Positions 45,108-55,047 are shown, numbered from the stretch's first letter. The stretch: 64,000 bases of DNA from Candidatus Omnitrophota bacterium (GCA_018822885.1 JAHJJA010000047.1:5384-69383), one strand, 5' to 3'. Notes: generated from the sequence alone by a model not told the origin. Made by a program: numbers and translations.

Positions 45108-45135
45108 TTGATTTATCTAATAAAAATAGTACAAT
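45108..45135 (+). promoter_or_regulatory. Sigma70-type promoter, possibly giving a leaderless mRNA
   Basis: TTGATT-N16-TACAAT ends 6 nt before the ATG at 45142. No RBS is visible. Confidence 0.35.
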
Positions 45136-45141
45136 GATGGC

Positions 45142-45693
45142 ATGAGTTATAGCGTGGCAATTAATAAGGCCTGGGAGGAGTTTGTAAAGTTAAATCCCCC
45201 AAAGGAACTGGCTGTAAAATTCCTTGCCGATGAATATTCTGTTAATATTATAGGTAAGCAGGTGCTTTCACTTTCCTGCAATGTCCCGGCCAAGGAGTAT
45301 GTAGCGATAATTATTTTGCATTTTTTGGCTAAAAAACTAAAGGGCTTGCCTGCTTTGACAGGCGAGTGGTTGCCCTTTCGTGAATTCTCCGGGATTGAGG
45401 GCTATTTTGATGCCTTTAAGAAACGCTCTATTGAGCCGATCCTAAGAAAATACGGTAAAAATCCTGAGGCGATCTTAGCCGGCCTTGATAAGCTGCCTGT
45501 GAAAAAAGCTGAAGGCGGCGATGTAGGGATTGTCGTGCAGGCATTTGAACAGGTGCCGGTTTTAGTCAAGCTCTGGAAGGCGGATGAGGAATTTGGCCCA
45601 GACGCTAACATTTATTTTGATAGAAGCGTTACGTCCATATTTTGCACCGAAGATATCGTTGTCCTGGCAGGTATAGTCGCAAGTCAATTATAG
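45142..45693 (+). CDS. Hypothetical protein
   Basis: 183 aa, no signal peptide, no recognised motif. Confidence 0.5.
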   Translation: MSYSVAINKAWEEFVKLNPPKELAVKFLADEYSVNIIGKQVLSLSCNVPAKEYVAIIILHFLAKKLKGLPALTGEWLPFREFSGIEGYFDAFKKRSIEPILRKYGKNPEAILAGLDKLPVKKAEGGDVGIVVQAFEQVPVLVKLWKADEEFGPDANIYFDRSVTSIFCTEDIVVLAGIVASQL

Positions 45694-45703
45694 GAGGGTT
45701 AAA

Positions 45704-46273
45704 ATGAGAAAGCTGTATTTGTTTCTGTCTTTATTTTGTTTCTTGATGATTTCGCTGGTTTCCCTGCACGCAATTGATACAGATAACCAGGGTAAGGCCT
45801 CGGAAGATTTTAAGTTCAGTATCCCCTTTGGCAGAAGCTATGATTACTCCGATATTTTGGTGAAGAGGGCTGTTGACGGGGATACGCTGGTGTTAGCAAA
45901 TGGAGAGAGGGTGCGTTTGATCGGTATTGATACTCCGGAGATGCATGAGTCCAGTAAACTTAACCGAGATGCTAGTCGCTCTAATCAGGATGTCGAATCA
46001 ATTAAGGCGATGGGAAGAGAGTCATATGAATTTACAAAGGGCCTGGTGGAAGGCAAGCGCGTGAGTTTAGAGTTTGATGTTGAGCGCAAGGATAGGTATG
46101 ATAGGCTGCTCGCTTATGTTTATTTGAAAGACAGCGGGTTATTCGTGAATGCGGAGATAGTCAAGCAGGGCTACGCTTCTTTGATGACAATCCCCCCGAA
46201 TGTCAAATACGCGGATCTATTTAAGGAATTATATACAGAGGCTAGGGAGAATAACCGAGGTCTTTGGAAATAG
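45704..46273 (+). CDS. Secreted thermonuclease (staphylococcal nuclease-like)
   Basis: Signal peptide. SNase fold motifs VKRAVDGDTLVL...RVRLIGIDTPE...RYDRLLAYVY... Confidence 0.75.
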   Translation: MRKLYLFLSLFCFLMISLVSLHAIDTDNQGKASEDFKFSIPFGRSYDYSDILVKRAVDGDTLVLANGERVRLIGIDTPEMHESSKLNRDASRSNQDVESIKAMGRESYEFTKGLVEGKRVSLEFDVERKDRYDRLLAYVYLKDSGLFVNAEIVKQGYASLMTIPPNVKYADLFKELYTEARENNRGLWK

Positions 46274-46274
46274 C

Positions 46275-46601
46275 ATGAGTGATTTGTGGTATTGGAATAA
46301 AGAGCGCTTTATTTCCCTGATTATTGTTTGTGCATATTTAGTTATAGCGCTATTTTTTATTAAGTTTTCATTAATAGCTACTTGGATAAGTATTTTACTT
46401 TATTTAGGGCTTGCACTTTTATGCATATGGTTTCCTGAGGGGATGGGTAGTTTAGAGTATCCCAGTGGACCGGAATGGGTAAGACAGGGATTGTCTAGGT
46501 GTTTAAGGCCAACCCCATGCTTTTTTGTAAGAATCGGAGGCTGGGTTTTGTTGCTGTTACCCATTGTTATGGGGGTAGTAAATTTCTTAACAAATATATA
46601 G
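46275..46601 (+). CDS. Small membrane protein
   Basis: Start placed at the ATG at 46275. Three predicted TM segments. Confidence 0.4.
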   Translation: MSDLWYWNKERFISLIIVCAYLVIALFFIKFSLIATWISILLYLGLALLCIWFPEGMGSLEYPSGPEWVRQGLSRCLRPTPCFFVRIGGWVLLLLPIVMGVVNFLTNI

Positions 46602-46615
46602 AGTGGAGGTTTATT

Positions 46616-47656
46616 ATGTTGCGTTATTTAACTGCAGGTGAATCGCACGGAAAGGCGTTGGTCGCTATCTTAGAAGGGATGCCGGCCGGATTAAAATTGG
46701 ATGTGCGTAAGATAAATTACGAGTTAAAGCGCAGGCAGTCTGGTTTTGGCCGCGGCGCGCGCATGCAAATTGAGAAGGATACTGTACAGATAGTTTCCGG
46801 AATGAGAAAAGGTGTGAGTCTGGGGAGTCCGATTGCGCTTTTGATTGAAAATAAAGATTGCAGTATTGAAAGTAAGCCGAGTGTGTTGAGTCCTCGCCCG
46901 GGCCACGCAGATTTATCAGGCATATTAAAATACGGATTTAAGGATGCGCGGGATGTTTTAGAGCGCGCTTCGGCAAGAGAGACAGCTTCGCGCGTCGCAG
47001 TGGGCGCGGTTTGTAAATTATTTTTGGATGAGTTTGATATTGATATATCAAGTAAGGTCTTAATGATTGGCGGGGAATGTTCCCCTCAATCCATGATGAA
47101 GAAGATCATGGGGGCAAAAGAAAATAAGGATACCGTGGGAGGTATTTTTGAGGTATTAGCTGAAGGTGTACCTGCCGGGCTCGGCAGCTATGTCCAGGCT
47201 GACAGGCGGTTGGATGCACGTTTGGCGAAAAGCATAATTTCGATTCCGGGTATTAAGGCAATTGGTTTTGGACTTGGGTTTGGATATGCCTACAGATTTG
47301 GTTCGCAAAGCCACGATGCGATTTATTATGCAAAAGACAAAGGGTATTTTCGTAAGACTAATAACGCAGGCGGAATAGAGGGGGGAGTTTCTAACGGAGA
47401 GGATATAATAATCCATGCCTCTATGAAGCCGATCTGCACATTAATGAAGCCGCTAGATTCAGTAAGCATCAATTCAAAGAAGAAATCCAAGGCAAGCACT
47501 GAGCGCTCTGATATCTGTGTGGTTGAGGCCGCAGGTGTTGTGGGAGAGAATGCCTGCGCTTTTGTTTTGGCGGACGCGATTTTGGAGAAATTCGGCTCAG
47601 ATAATCTCATTGATATTAAGAAGTCATTTCAGCAATACGTAAAAAGAATTAAGTAA
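46616..47656 (+). CDS. aroC: Chorismate synthase
   Basis: MLRYLTAGESHGKALVAILEGMPAGL follows a GGAGG RBS. The track start at 46499 is rejected. Confidence 0.85.
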   Translation: MLRYLTAGESHGKALVAILEGMPAGLKLDVRKINYELKRRQSGFGRGARMQIEKDTVQIVSGMRKGVSLGSPIALLIENKDCSIESKPSVLSPRPGHADLSGILKYGFKDARDVLERASARETASRVAVGAVCKLFLDEFDIDISSKVLMIGGECSPQSMMKKIMGAKENKDTVGGIFEVLAEGVPAGLGSYVQADRRLDARLAKSIISIPGIKAIGFGLGFGYAYRFGSQSHDAIYYAKDKGYFRKTNNAGGIEGGVSNGEDIIIHASMKPICTLMKPLDSVSINSKKKSKASTERSDICVVEAAGVVGENACAFVLADAILEKFGSDNLIDIKKSFQQYVKRIK

Positions 47657-47673
47657 GTCAGGAGGGTTTTAAA

Positions 47674-47961
47674 ATGTCAATGCTTGATTTCTATAATATC
47701 ACTTTTGAAAAAGCGGATAATTCAAAGCAGATGGTGATTAAAGGAGAAGTAAAAAATAACTCCGGAAGAAATTATAATGCCGTTGCGATCAGGGTGGTCC
47801 TGTTTAACAAAAATATTCCTGTTGTAAGTACTGTCGTTGTGGTAAATGGAGTACCTAATGGTTCGACCAAAAGTTTTGAGAAGTTCGTCGAGGAAATCGA
47901 ATATGAAGAGGTAGCTAAGTCAATAAACAGGCAGGAAGCTTATATTGAGAGCGCCTATTAA
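47674..47961 (+). CDS. Hypothetical small protein
   Basis: 95 aa, no recognisable domain. Confidence 0.4.
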   Translation: MSMLDFYNITFEKADNSKQMVIKGEVKNNSGRNYNAVAIRVVLFNKNIPVVSTVVVVNGVPNGSTKSFEKFVEEIEYEEVAKSINRQEAYIESAY

Positions 47962-47987
47962 TCGCCTTTTTAGAAAATATTTGTGTT

Positions 47988-48032
47988 AGAAAATCACCTC
48001 CTTTACGTCAATTAATATTAGAGGAGGTGATT
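47988..48032 (+). promoter_or_regulatory. 13-bp hairpin pairing an anti-SD (16S 3'-end mimic) with the spoVG Shine-Dalgarno
   Basis: AAAATCACCTCCT (47988-48000), then a 19-nt loop, then AGGAGGTGATTTT (48020-48032), ending 2 nt before the ATG at 48035. Confidence 0.6.
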
Positions 48033-48034
48033 TT

Positions 48035-48292
48035 ATGGATAACGGTTTAGAAGTAAAGGTAGTGCGGCTGCATCGCTTTGAAGGTGATTCGAAACTGAAG
48101 GCCTTTGTGGATATCGCGATAGGCGATTTCGTGATCAAGGGTTTTCGGATTGTCGAGGGCAAGAATGGCCTGTTTTTAGGCCTGCCGCGGGAAAAGGCAA
48201 AGGATGGAAAGTATTACGGCGCCTTTTTCCCAGTGACTGACGAAGCGCGCAAAAGTTTAAGCGATGTGGTTTTAGCGGCGTATCAGGAGTAA
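48035..48292 (+). CDS. spoVG: Septation protein SpoVG (canonical)
   Basis: MDNGLEVKVVRLHRFEGDSKLKAFVDIAIGDFVIKGFRIVEGKNGLFLGLPREKAKDGKYYGAFFPV. Confidence 0.85.
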   Translation: MDNGLEVKVVRLHRFEGDSKLKAFVDIAIGDFVIKGFRIVEGKNGLFLGLPREKAKDGKYYGAFFPVTDEARKSLSDVVLAAYQE

Positions 48293-48300
48293 AACACGGA

Positions 48301-48373
48301 GGGACGTTTTCGAATCCAAAGCTAAGAGTGTCCCCGGTGGGGACACTCTCCCGATTGGGTTTGAAAGCGTCCC
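48301..48373 (+). other. Nested stem-loop between spoVG and aroK
   Basis: Outer GGGACGTTTTCGAA / TTTGAAAGCGTCCC arms enclose a perfect AGAGTGTCCCC-GGT-GGGGACACTCT hairpin. Only a weak U-tract follows. Confidence 0.45.
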
Positions 48374-48398
48374 TGCTAAACTGCTAAAAGAGAGCAAC

Positions 48399-48896
48399 AT
48401 GGCTAATATTTATTTAGTGGGATTTATGGGTACGGGTAAAAGCGCGGTAGGCCAGGAGCTGGCTAAAAAGAAGAAGTGGAAGTTTGTGGATTTAGACCAG
48501 TTGATCGAGTTTAAAGAAAAAATGCTTATTGCGGATATCTTTGTCAATAAAGGAGAGCCGTATTTTCGTAGGTCAGAAAAGAAAACCCTTAAAGAAGTAG
48601 CGCGTGAGAAAAAATTCGTCGTTGCCTGCGGCGGCGGTATTGTTATGGATGAAGAGAATATCAAGCTGATGAAAGAAAGCGGTTCAATAGTCTGCCTTTG
48701 CGCTTCTCCTGAATCGATACTCAAAAGGACATCCGGGTATTCCCATCGTCCGCTGTTGAATGTCAAGGACCCTAAAAAGCAGATTGAATTTTTACTCAAA
48801 ATGCGCGCACCTTTTTATGCCAAGGCTGACAAGACAATCGATACCTCAAAACTTTGCGTAAAAGAGGTGGTTTCCAGGATCTTAAAATTAGTTTAA
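48399..48896 (+). CDS. aroK: Shikimate kinase
   Basis: MANIYLVGFMGTGKSAVG P-loop. Confidence 0.85.
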   Translation: MANIYLVGFMGTGKSAVGQELAKKKKWKFVDLDQLIEFKEKMLIADIFVNKGEPYFRRSEKKTLKEVAREKKFVVACGGGIVMDEENIKLMKESGSIVCLCASPESILKRTSGYSHRPLLNVKDPKKQIEFLLKMRAPFYAKADKTIDTSKLCVKEVVSRILKLV

Positions 48897-49789
48897 TGTT
48901 AAAGAAAACCTCCATCATTTTCCTGTTGGTTTTTTTCTCTCAAGGTATCGCTTTAACTAAACAGCCAAGCCGAAAAGAAATAGCATCTTTTACTAAATCT
49001 ACCCTTAAAGAGAGGAACGAAGAGGCAGCAAGGAAATATTTTGACCTCGCAAACGATCTTTCTAATAAACAAGATAGTGAGCAGGCGATCTTCAATCTTA
49101 GCGAAGCTATCAGACTCAATCCTCAATATGCAGAAGCTTACAATAACCGCGGTTTGCTTTATTCAGCCAAGGGAGAATTCGAAAAAGCAATTTCAGATTT
49201 TAACCGGGCAATAGAGTTAAAGTCAGATTACGCCATTGCCTATGATAACAGGGGGTTTGTTTATGCTTCAAAAGCTGACCCTACGCGCGCGATCTCAGAT
49301 TTTACCAGGGCAGCTCAGATAAACCCGAAGTTCTCGGAAGCATACAATAATAGGGGCTGCGCTTATCTCAATATTAATGATTGCGACATGGCGATAAAGG
49401 ATTTTGATAAAGCTATAGATATCGAACCTAAATACTCTTCTGCTTACTATAATCGCGGGCTAGCCTTTGCCATTAAGAATGATTTAGACAAAGCGATCGC
49501 TGACTTTACAAAATCTATAGAATTCAACCCTCTTACCGCAACCTTTGTAAACAGGGGCACAGCCTACAGCCATAAAGGGGATCTTGATAAAGCCATTAAT
49601 GATTTTAGCAAGGCATTAGAGCTTGAGCCTGCCTCGGCAGAGGTGCTTTATAATCGCGCCATTGTTTATTGTGATAAAAGAGATTATGATCTAGCTTGGA
49701 ATGATCTGCATAAGGCGGCCGCATTAGGTTGTAAAATCGACCCCGCGTTCTTAGAACAGTTAAAGAGGGAGTCCGGGAGAGAGGGATGA
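48896..49789 (+). CDS. TPR-repeat lipoprotein/secreted protein
   Basis: Start at the ATG at 48896 (TAATG overlap with aroK). Signal peptide and seven or more TPR units. Confidence 0.6.
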   Translation: MLKKTSIIFLLVFFSQGIALTKQPSRKEIASFTKSTLKERNEEAARKYFDLANDLSNKQDSEQAIFNLSEAIRLNPQYAEAYNNRGLLYSAKGEFEKAISDFNRAIELKSDYAIAYDNRGFVYASKADPTRAISDFTRAAQINPKFSEAYNNRGCAYLNINDCDMAIKDFDKAIDIEPKYSSAYYNRGLAFAIKNDLDKAIADFTKSIEFNPLTATFVNRGTAYSHKGDLDKAINDFSKALELEPASAEVLYNRAIVYCDKRDYDLAWNDLHKAAALGCKIDPAFLEQLKRESGREG

Positions 49790-50901
49790 CAGATTTAGAG
49801 GCATTGGTCAGCTTAAACCTGGTTCAGGATCTCGGCACGATACGCCTTAAAAAACTGCTTGAGATCTTTGGAAAACCGCAAAATATCCTGAGAGCTTCTT
49901 CGCAAGATTTGATGCGCGCCTCCGGCATAGGGCAAAAAATATCCTTGAATATCCGGTCTTTTAAAAAAGAAGACCTGGAGCGTGAACTTGCCTTGTCAAA
50001 TAAGCTAGGGCTTAAGATTGTCACCTTTGAGGATCAGGATTACCCCGAGATTCTAAAACAGATCTCCGATCCTCCGATTGTGCTTTATATAAAAGGCAGT
50101 ATCATCAAAGAAGATAAACTTAGTATTGGTATTGTCGGTTCGCGTCGTGCTTCTTTGTATGGCCTGAATAACGCTGAGACTTTTGCAGCGGATTTATCGG
50201 AAAAGGGATTTACTGTGATTTCCGGGATGGCCCGCGGAATAGATACATCTGCGCATCGCGGAGCTATCAGGGCGGGCGGACGTACGATTGCAGTTATAGG
50301 CAGCGGTTTTAATCGGTTGTATCCTCCTGAAAATAAGGAGTTAGCCGAAGAGATCGCTAATTGTGGGGCTGTTGTTTCGGAGTTTCCGGTTGATATGGAG
50401 CCCTTTAAGCAGAATTTTCCCCGCAGGAACCGCCTGATCAGCGGTTTGAGCCTTGGGGTGTTAGTGGTCGAGGCGGCGCGCAACAGCGGCGCGCTTATTA
50501 CTGCCGATTTTGCGTTAGAGCAAGGAAGGGACGTTTTTGCTATCCCTGGGAAGATTGATTCTTCCAGCTCTTTCGGCACAAATGAGCTGATTAAGCAAGG
50601 AGCGAAGCTGGTTTGTTGCGCTGAAGATATTTTGGAGGAGTTTGATTCTGCCGGATTTGACGCAAGGGATAAAAGAGGAAAGAAAAAATTAGATAAGGAT
50701 CCTGATAACGCTTTGTCGGACTCCGAAGAGAGGCGCATTTTTAGTTTTATTACCGAAGATTCTATTCAGCTCGATGATCTAGTCAGAAAATCAAGCCTGG
50801 ACGTTTCCAGATTATCTGGTATACTTTTGAAGTTGCAGCTTAGGGATTTGATCAGGCAGTTGCCGGGAAAACAATTTGTAAGGAGAGTCAATGAAAGATA
50901 A
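49786..50901 (+). CDS. dprA: DNA processing protein DprA (Smf)
   Basis: Rossmann-like DprA core (GMARGIDTSAHRGAI...) upstream of topA, as in many bacteria. Confidence 0.85.
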   Translation: MTDLEALVSLNLVQDLGTIRLKKLLEIFGKPQNILRASSQDLMRASGIGQKISLNIRSFKKEDLERELALSNKLGLKIVTFEDQDYPEILKQISDPPIVLYIKGSIIKEDKLSIGIVGSRRASLYGLNNAETFAADLSEKGFTVISGMARGIDTSAHRGAIRAGGRTIAVIGSGFNRLYPPENKELAEEIANCGAVVSEFPVDMEPFKQNFPRRNRLISGLSLGVLVVEAARNSGALITADFALEQGRDVFAIPGKIDSSSSFGTNELIKQGAKLVCCAEDILEEFDSAGFDARDKRGKKKLDKDPDNALSDSEERRIFSFITEDSIQLDDLVRKSSLDVSRLSGILLKLQLRDLIRQLPGKQFVRRVNER

Positions 50902-52849
50902 AAGTTTGGTAATAGTTGAGTCACCGACAAAGGCAAAGACGATCAGCAAGATATTGGGAAGCGAATTTACTGTGGTTTCTTCTATGGGGCATTTGATAGA
51001 CCTCCCGCAAAAAAAACTGGGAGTGGATATTGAGAAGGATTTTGATCCGGATTACGTGATCATCCCCGGAAGGCAGAAGATCCTGGCTGCGATAAAAAAA
51101 GAGGCCAAGGGCAAAAGCGCGATTTACATCGCAACCGACCCTGACCGCGAAGGTGAGGCGATTGGCTGGCAGATAAAGGAACGTTTGCTCAAAGGCAAGA
51201 ATGTCTTGCGTGTTACATTCCACGAGATCACTCCCGCGGCTGTGAGCGTTGCTTTTAAGAATGCGCGTGATTTTGATAAGAATATGGTCGAGGCCCAGAC
51301 AAGCAGGCGTGTCCTGGATAGGATCGTGGGTTATTTCTTAAGCCCATTACTATGGAAGAAGATCGTGCGCGGCTTAAGCGCCGGCAGGGTGCAATCAGTA
51401 GCCCTTAGGTTGGTAATTGATAGAGAGAGGGAGATCCAGAAATTCGTGCCTAAGGAGTACTGGGAGATCGAGGCGGAACTTAAGAAATCCGCAAGTCAGT
51501 TCACGGCAAAATTAGATAAAATTGAGGAAGTAAAAGCTGAGATAAAGAATAAGGAGCAGGCCGAGAAGATAGTAGCTGATTTAAATGGAAGGCAGTTTAA
51601 GGTTTCTCAGGTTAAGGAGTCTGAGAAGAAGCGTTACTCCGACGCCCCTTTTATCACCAGTACTTTACAGCAGGAGGCATTCAATAAGTTGCGATATAAT
51701 GCCAATAAGACTATGATCGTGGCACAGCAGCTTTATGAAGGCATTGATATTGGCGAAGAGGCCCCGGCCGGGCTTATTACATACATGCGTACGGATTCTC
51801 CGCGCGTGGCTCCAGAGGCGATACAAGAAGTAAGAAGCTGTATTGCCAAGAATTTCGGTAAAGATTACCTGCCTGCTGAACCGAATGTCTTCAAGGTGAA
51901 GAAGCAGGCCCAGGAGGCCCACGAGGCCATAAGGCCGACGCTTATTTCTCGTCCTCCGGAGAGCCTTGAGAAGTTTTTGACTCCGGAGCAGTATAAATTA
52001 TACGAGCTTATTTATAAGCGTTTTCTGGCAAGCCAGATGTCTCCTGCCCGCTATAAAGCCGTATCCGTCACCATCAATGCGGATAAATATCAATTTGGCG
52101 CTTCAGGAAGCACATTGATCTTCGATGGATTCACAGCTGTTTATAGTAAGGGTGAAGATGATAAGGAAAAAAATAAAATCCCAGCAATGAAGAAGGATGA
52201 GGTTTTAGAGCTGTTGAAGTTGCTACCGTCGCAACATTTCACCAAGCCTCCGGCAAGATTCTCTGATAGCTCTCTGGTAAAGGCGCTGGAGGAGGAGGGT
52301 ATCGGTAGGCCATCAACATACGCCCCGATCATCCAGACTTTGATTTTACGCGATTACATACGAAGGCTTAAAGGGTATTTAAATCCTACGGAATTAGGGT
52401 TTAAAGTCTGCGACATGCTGGTTGAATATTTTCCCAAGATCATGGACGTAAAATTCACTGCCGCCATGGAAGAGGAACTTGATGAAGTAGAAGAGGGCAG
52501 GCTCAAAAGAAAAAAGGTTTTGGAAGATTTTTACGCCCCTTTTAAGGTGAACCTTGATTTTGCCCAGGCTAATATCAAGAAGGAAGTCATTACTTCTAAT
52601 GAGGTTTGCGAGCTTTGCGGTAAACCTATGATCGTCAAATGGGGCAGGCGCGGCAAGTTTTTGAGCTGTTCAGGTTTTCCCGCGTGTAAAAGCTCCAAAT
52701 CCATCACTAGCGGCGTCAAGTGTCCGCAGGAGGGCTGCGGCGGGGAATTGATCGAGCGCCGCTCCAGCCGCGGATTCTTTTATGGTTGCTCCAATTTTCC
52801 TAAGTGTACATTTACTTCCCGGACACTACCGGAAGATAAAGAGGAGTAA
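50891..52849 (+). CDS. topA: DNA topoisomerase I
   Basis: TOPRIM (VIVESPTKAKTI), catalytic Tyr region, two C-terminal Cys4 zinc ribbons. Confidence 0.9.
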   Translation: MKDKSLVIVESPTKAKTISKILGSEFTVVSSMGHLIDLPQKKLGVDIEKDFDPDYVIIPGRQKILAAIKKEAKGKSAIYIATDPDREGEAIGWQIKERLLKGKNVLRVTFHEITPAAVSVAFKNARDFDKNMVEAQTSRRVLDRIVGYFLSPLLWKKIVRGLSAGRVQSVALRLVIDREREIQKFVPKEYWEIEAELKKSASQFTAKLDKIEEVKAEIKNKEQAEKIVADLNGRQFKVSQVKESEKKRYSDAPFITSTLQQEAFNKLRYNANKTMIVAQQLYEGIDIGEEAPAGLITYMRTDSPRVAPEAIQEVRSCIAKNFGKDYLPAEPNVFKVKKQAQEAHEAIRPTLISRPPESLEKFLTPEQYKLYELIYKRFLASQMSPARYKAVSVTINADKYQFGASGSTLIFDGFTAVYSKGEDDKEKNKIPAMKKDEVLELLKLLPSQHFTKPPARFSDSSLVKALEEEGIGRPSTYAPIIQTLILRDYIRRLKGYLNPTELGFKVCDMLVEYFPKIMDVKFTAAMEEELDEVEEGRLKRKKVLEDFYAPFKVNLDFAQANIKKEVITSNEVCELCGKPMIVKWGRRGKFLSCSGFPACKSSKSITSGVKCPQEGCGGELIERRSSRGFFYGCSNFPKCTFTSRTLPEDKEE

Positions 52850-53718
52850 TGCAGCGCCATATCGAGAAGTTTATACGTTATCTTGAGATCGAGAAGAATT
52901 ATTCCCCTCATACTATTCTGAATTATAAACTTGATCTGGAAGATTTTAGCAAATTCCTCGCAGATACAGAGGTCGAGAAAGTAGATTATCTGACTCTAAG
53001 GAAGTATCTGGCCGCATTAAAAGAAAAGACCCTCGGCAACCGCAGTATCGGCCGCAGGCTTTCTGCCTTGCGCAGTTTTTTCAAGTTTCTTACCCGTGAA
53101 GGACTTTTAAAAACAAATCCGATCTTGATCCTTTCCAGCCCGAAACTGGATAAGCACCTGCCAAGTTTTATGACAGAGGATGAAACGGGCTCGCTTATTG
53201 AGTCTGCGCATGCCTTGGATGAGGATGATGAGCGCGGGTTGAGGGATAGGGCAATCCTTGAGACTTTTTATTCCGCAGGCCTTAGAATCTCTGAGTTGGT
53301 CGGTCTAGACGCGGATGATATTGATTTTATAGGCTGTATTTTAAAGGTAAGGGGAAAGGGTAAAAAGGAGCGCATCGTGCCGATAGGCGATACCGCGCTT
53401 GTTGCGATACGCAAATATTTGGATAAGAGAAAGAAGAAATCAGAGGCGGTATTTTTGAATAAAAACGGCCGCCGCATCACTACCCGCGGCGTGCGCGGGA
53501 TCGTTGAAAAGTACCTGAAATTAGCGGGTATAAAACACGGTGTTTCTCCGCATACCCTAAGGCATTCCTTTGCGACGCATTTATTAAACCGCGGGGCGGA
53601 TCTTAGGACAGTGCAGGAACTTTTAGGCCATGCGAATTTATCGACTACGCAGATCTATACGCATTTAACCACAGAAAGATTGAAGAATATCTACGACAAG
53701 GCGCACCCGAGGGCTTAA
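52849..53718 (+). CDS. xerC: Tyrosine recombinase XerC/XerD family
   Basis: Phage-integrase-family catalytic residues in RHSFATHLL...LGHANLSTTQIYTH. Confidence 0.85.
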   Translation: MQRHIEKFIRYLEIEKNYSPHTILNYKLDLEDFSKFLADTEVEKVDYLTLRKYLAALKEKTLGNRSIGRRLSALRSFFKFLTREGLLKTNPILILSSPKLDKHLPSFMTEDETGSLIESAHALDEDDERGLRDRAILETFYSAGLRISELVGLDADDIDFIGCILKVRGKGKKERIVPIGDTALVAIRKYLDKRKKKSEAVFLNKNGRRITTRGVRGIVEKYLKLAGIKHGVSPHTLRHSFATHLLNRGADLRTVQELLGHANLSTTQIYTHLTTERLKNIYDKAHPRA

Positions 53719-53720
53719 TT

Positions 53721-55013
53721 ATGTTTATATTCTACGATTTAATATTTTTATTGGTTGCAATTATCCTTTTACCTAAGTATTTATTGAAAAGGAAATTCCG
53801 CAGCGCTTTTCTTTCGCGGCTTGGGCAGCTGCCTGAAGGATTGTCATTAGATAGGCCGATATGGATCCATGCGGTAAGCGTTGGGGAAGTGATGGCGGTG
53901 CGGGGGCTTATCGATGAACTTAGAAAGGCTTACCCTCAAAAGAAATTTGTGATTTCCACGGTGACTGCGACCGGCAATAAGATCGCAAACAGCCTTGCAA
54001 AGCCGGGTGACCTTGTGACTTATCTGCCTCTTGATTTAAGTTTTATCGTAAAAGGCCTGATCAATAAGATAGATCCGATTGCCTTTGTGGTAGTTGAGAC
54101 GGAGATCTGGCCAAATCTGTTCAGCTGTCTATATAAAAAAGGAATCCCGGTAGTAACTGTAAACGGGAGGATCTCCGATTCCTCCTTTAGGGGCTATTCC
54201 AGGATAAAATTTTTGCTTAAGCCTATTTTAAACAGGGTGAGCGTTTTTTGCGTACAAACAACAGCTGATGCCCAAAGGCTTAAGAGTTTAGGGGTAGCTG
54301 AAGATAAGATCCGCGTTACAGGAAACGTAAAATTTGATATACGGCCTTATTCCGGGGTCGATTCTTCAAGCGTAAGAAAAAGACTGGGGATTACCGTTGG
54401 ATATAAACTTTTGGTTGCAGGAAGCACACATCAGGGGGAAGAGGAAATAATCTTAGCTGTTTACAAGCAGCTGTTAAAGGTGCATCCGGATCTAAGGCTT
54501 TTACTTGCGCCTCGCCATCCGGAACGCGCGCAGGAGGTGGGGAGGCTGGTTCTATCTTGTGGTTTTGAGCCGGTTTTTATCTCTAAATTATCCCAGTTGC
54601 CTAACACTTATCGTTTGCCTCCTGTATTTATTCTTGATACTATCGGCCAATTAATGGATTATTATGCTGCCGCTGATATTGTTTTTGTGGGGGGCAGCCT
54701 TATTGAGAAAGGCGGGCATAATATTCTTGAGCCGGCCAGCCTTAATAAACCGATTCTCTTTGGGCCGCATATGTTCAACTTCCGTGAGATCACAGAGCTG
54801 TTTCTTGAGAATAAATCCGCTGTTATGGTGCGTAATGGCCAGGAGTTAAGTGGTCAATTAGAGGTTTTGTTGGTGGATCCTTTTAAGCGGGAGGATCTTG
54901 GCAGCCGTTCAAGCCGGCTTTTGCGCCAAAATCAGGGCGCAACCAAACGTAACCTGGAGTTTATAAAAAGCGCATTAACCATAAATCAAGATATAAAGGG
55001 CAAAAAAGGATAA
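53721..55013 (+). CDS. waaA: 3-deoxy-D-manno-octulosonic acid (Kdo) transferase
   Basis: N-terminal TM anchor plus the KdtA glycosyltransferase family pattern. Confidence 0.8.
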   Translation: MFIFYDLIFLLVAIILLPKYLLKRKFRSAFLSRLGQLPEGLSLDRPIWIHAVSVGEVMAVRGLIDELRKAYPQKKFVISTVTATGNKIANSLAKPGDLVTYLPLDLSFIVKGLINKIDPIAFVVVETEIWPNLFSCLYKKGIPVVTVNGRISDSSFRGYSRIKFLLKPILNRVSVFCVQTTADAQRLKSLGVAEDKIRVTGNVKFDIRPYSGVDSSSVRKRLGITVGYKLLVAGSTHQGEEEIILAVYKQLLKVHPDLRLLLAPRHPERAQEVGRLVLSCGFEPVFISKLSQLPNTYRLPPVFILDTIGQLMDYYAAADIVFVGGSLIEKGGHNILEPASLNKPILFGPHMFNFREITELFLENKSAVMVRNGQELSGQLEVLLVDPFKREDLGSRSSRLLRQNQGATKRNLEFIKSALTINQDIKGKKG

Positions 55014-55019
55014 TTCCGG

Positions 55020-55047
55020 TTGACAAAAAGGAAATTAGTGTTATACT
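55020..55047 (+). promoter_or_regulatory. Sigma70-type promoter in the csp leader region
   Basis: TTGACA-N16-TATACT. Confidence 0.5.
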
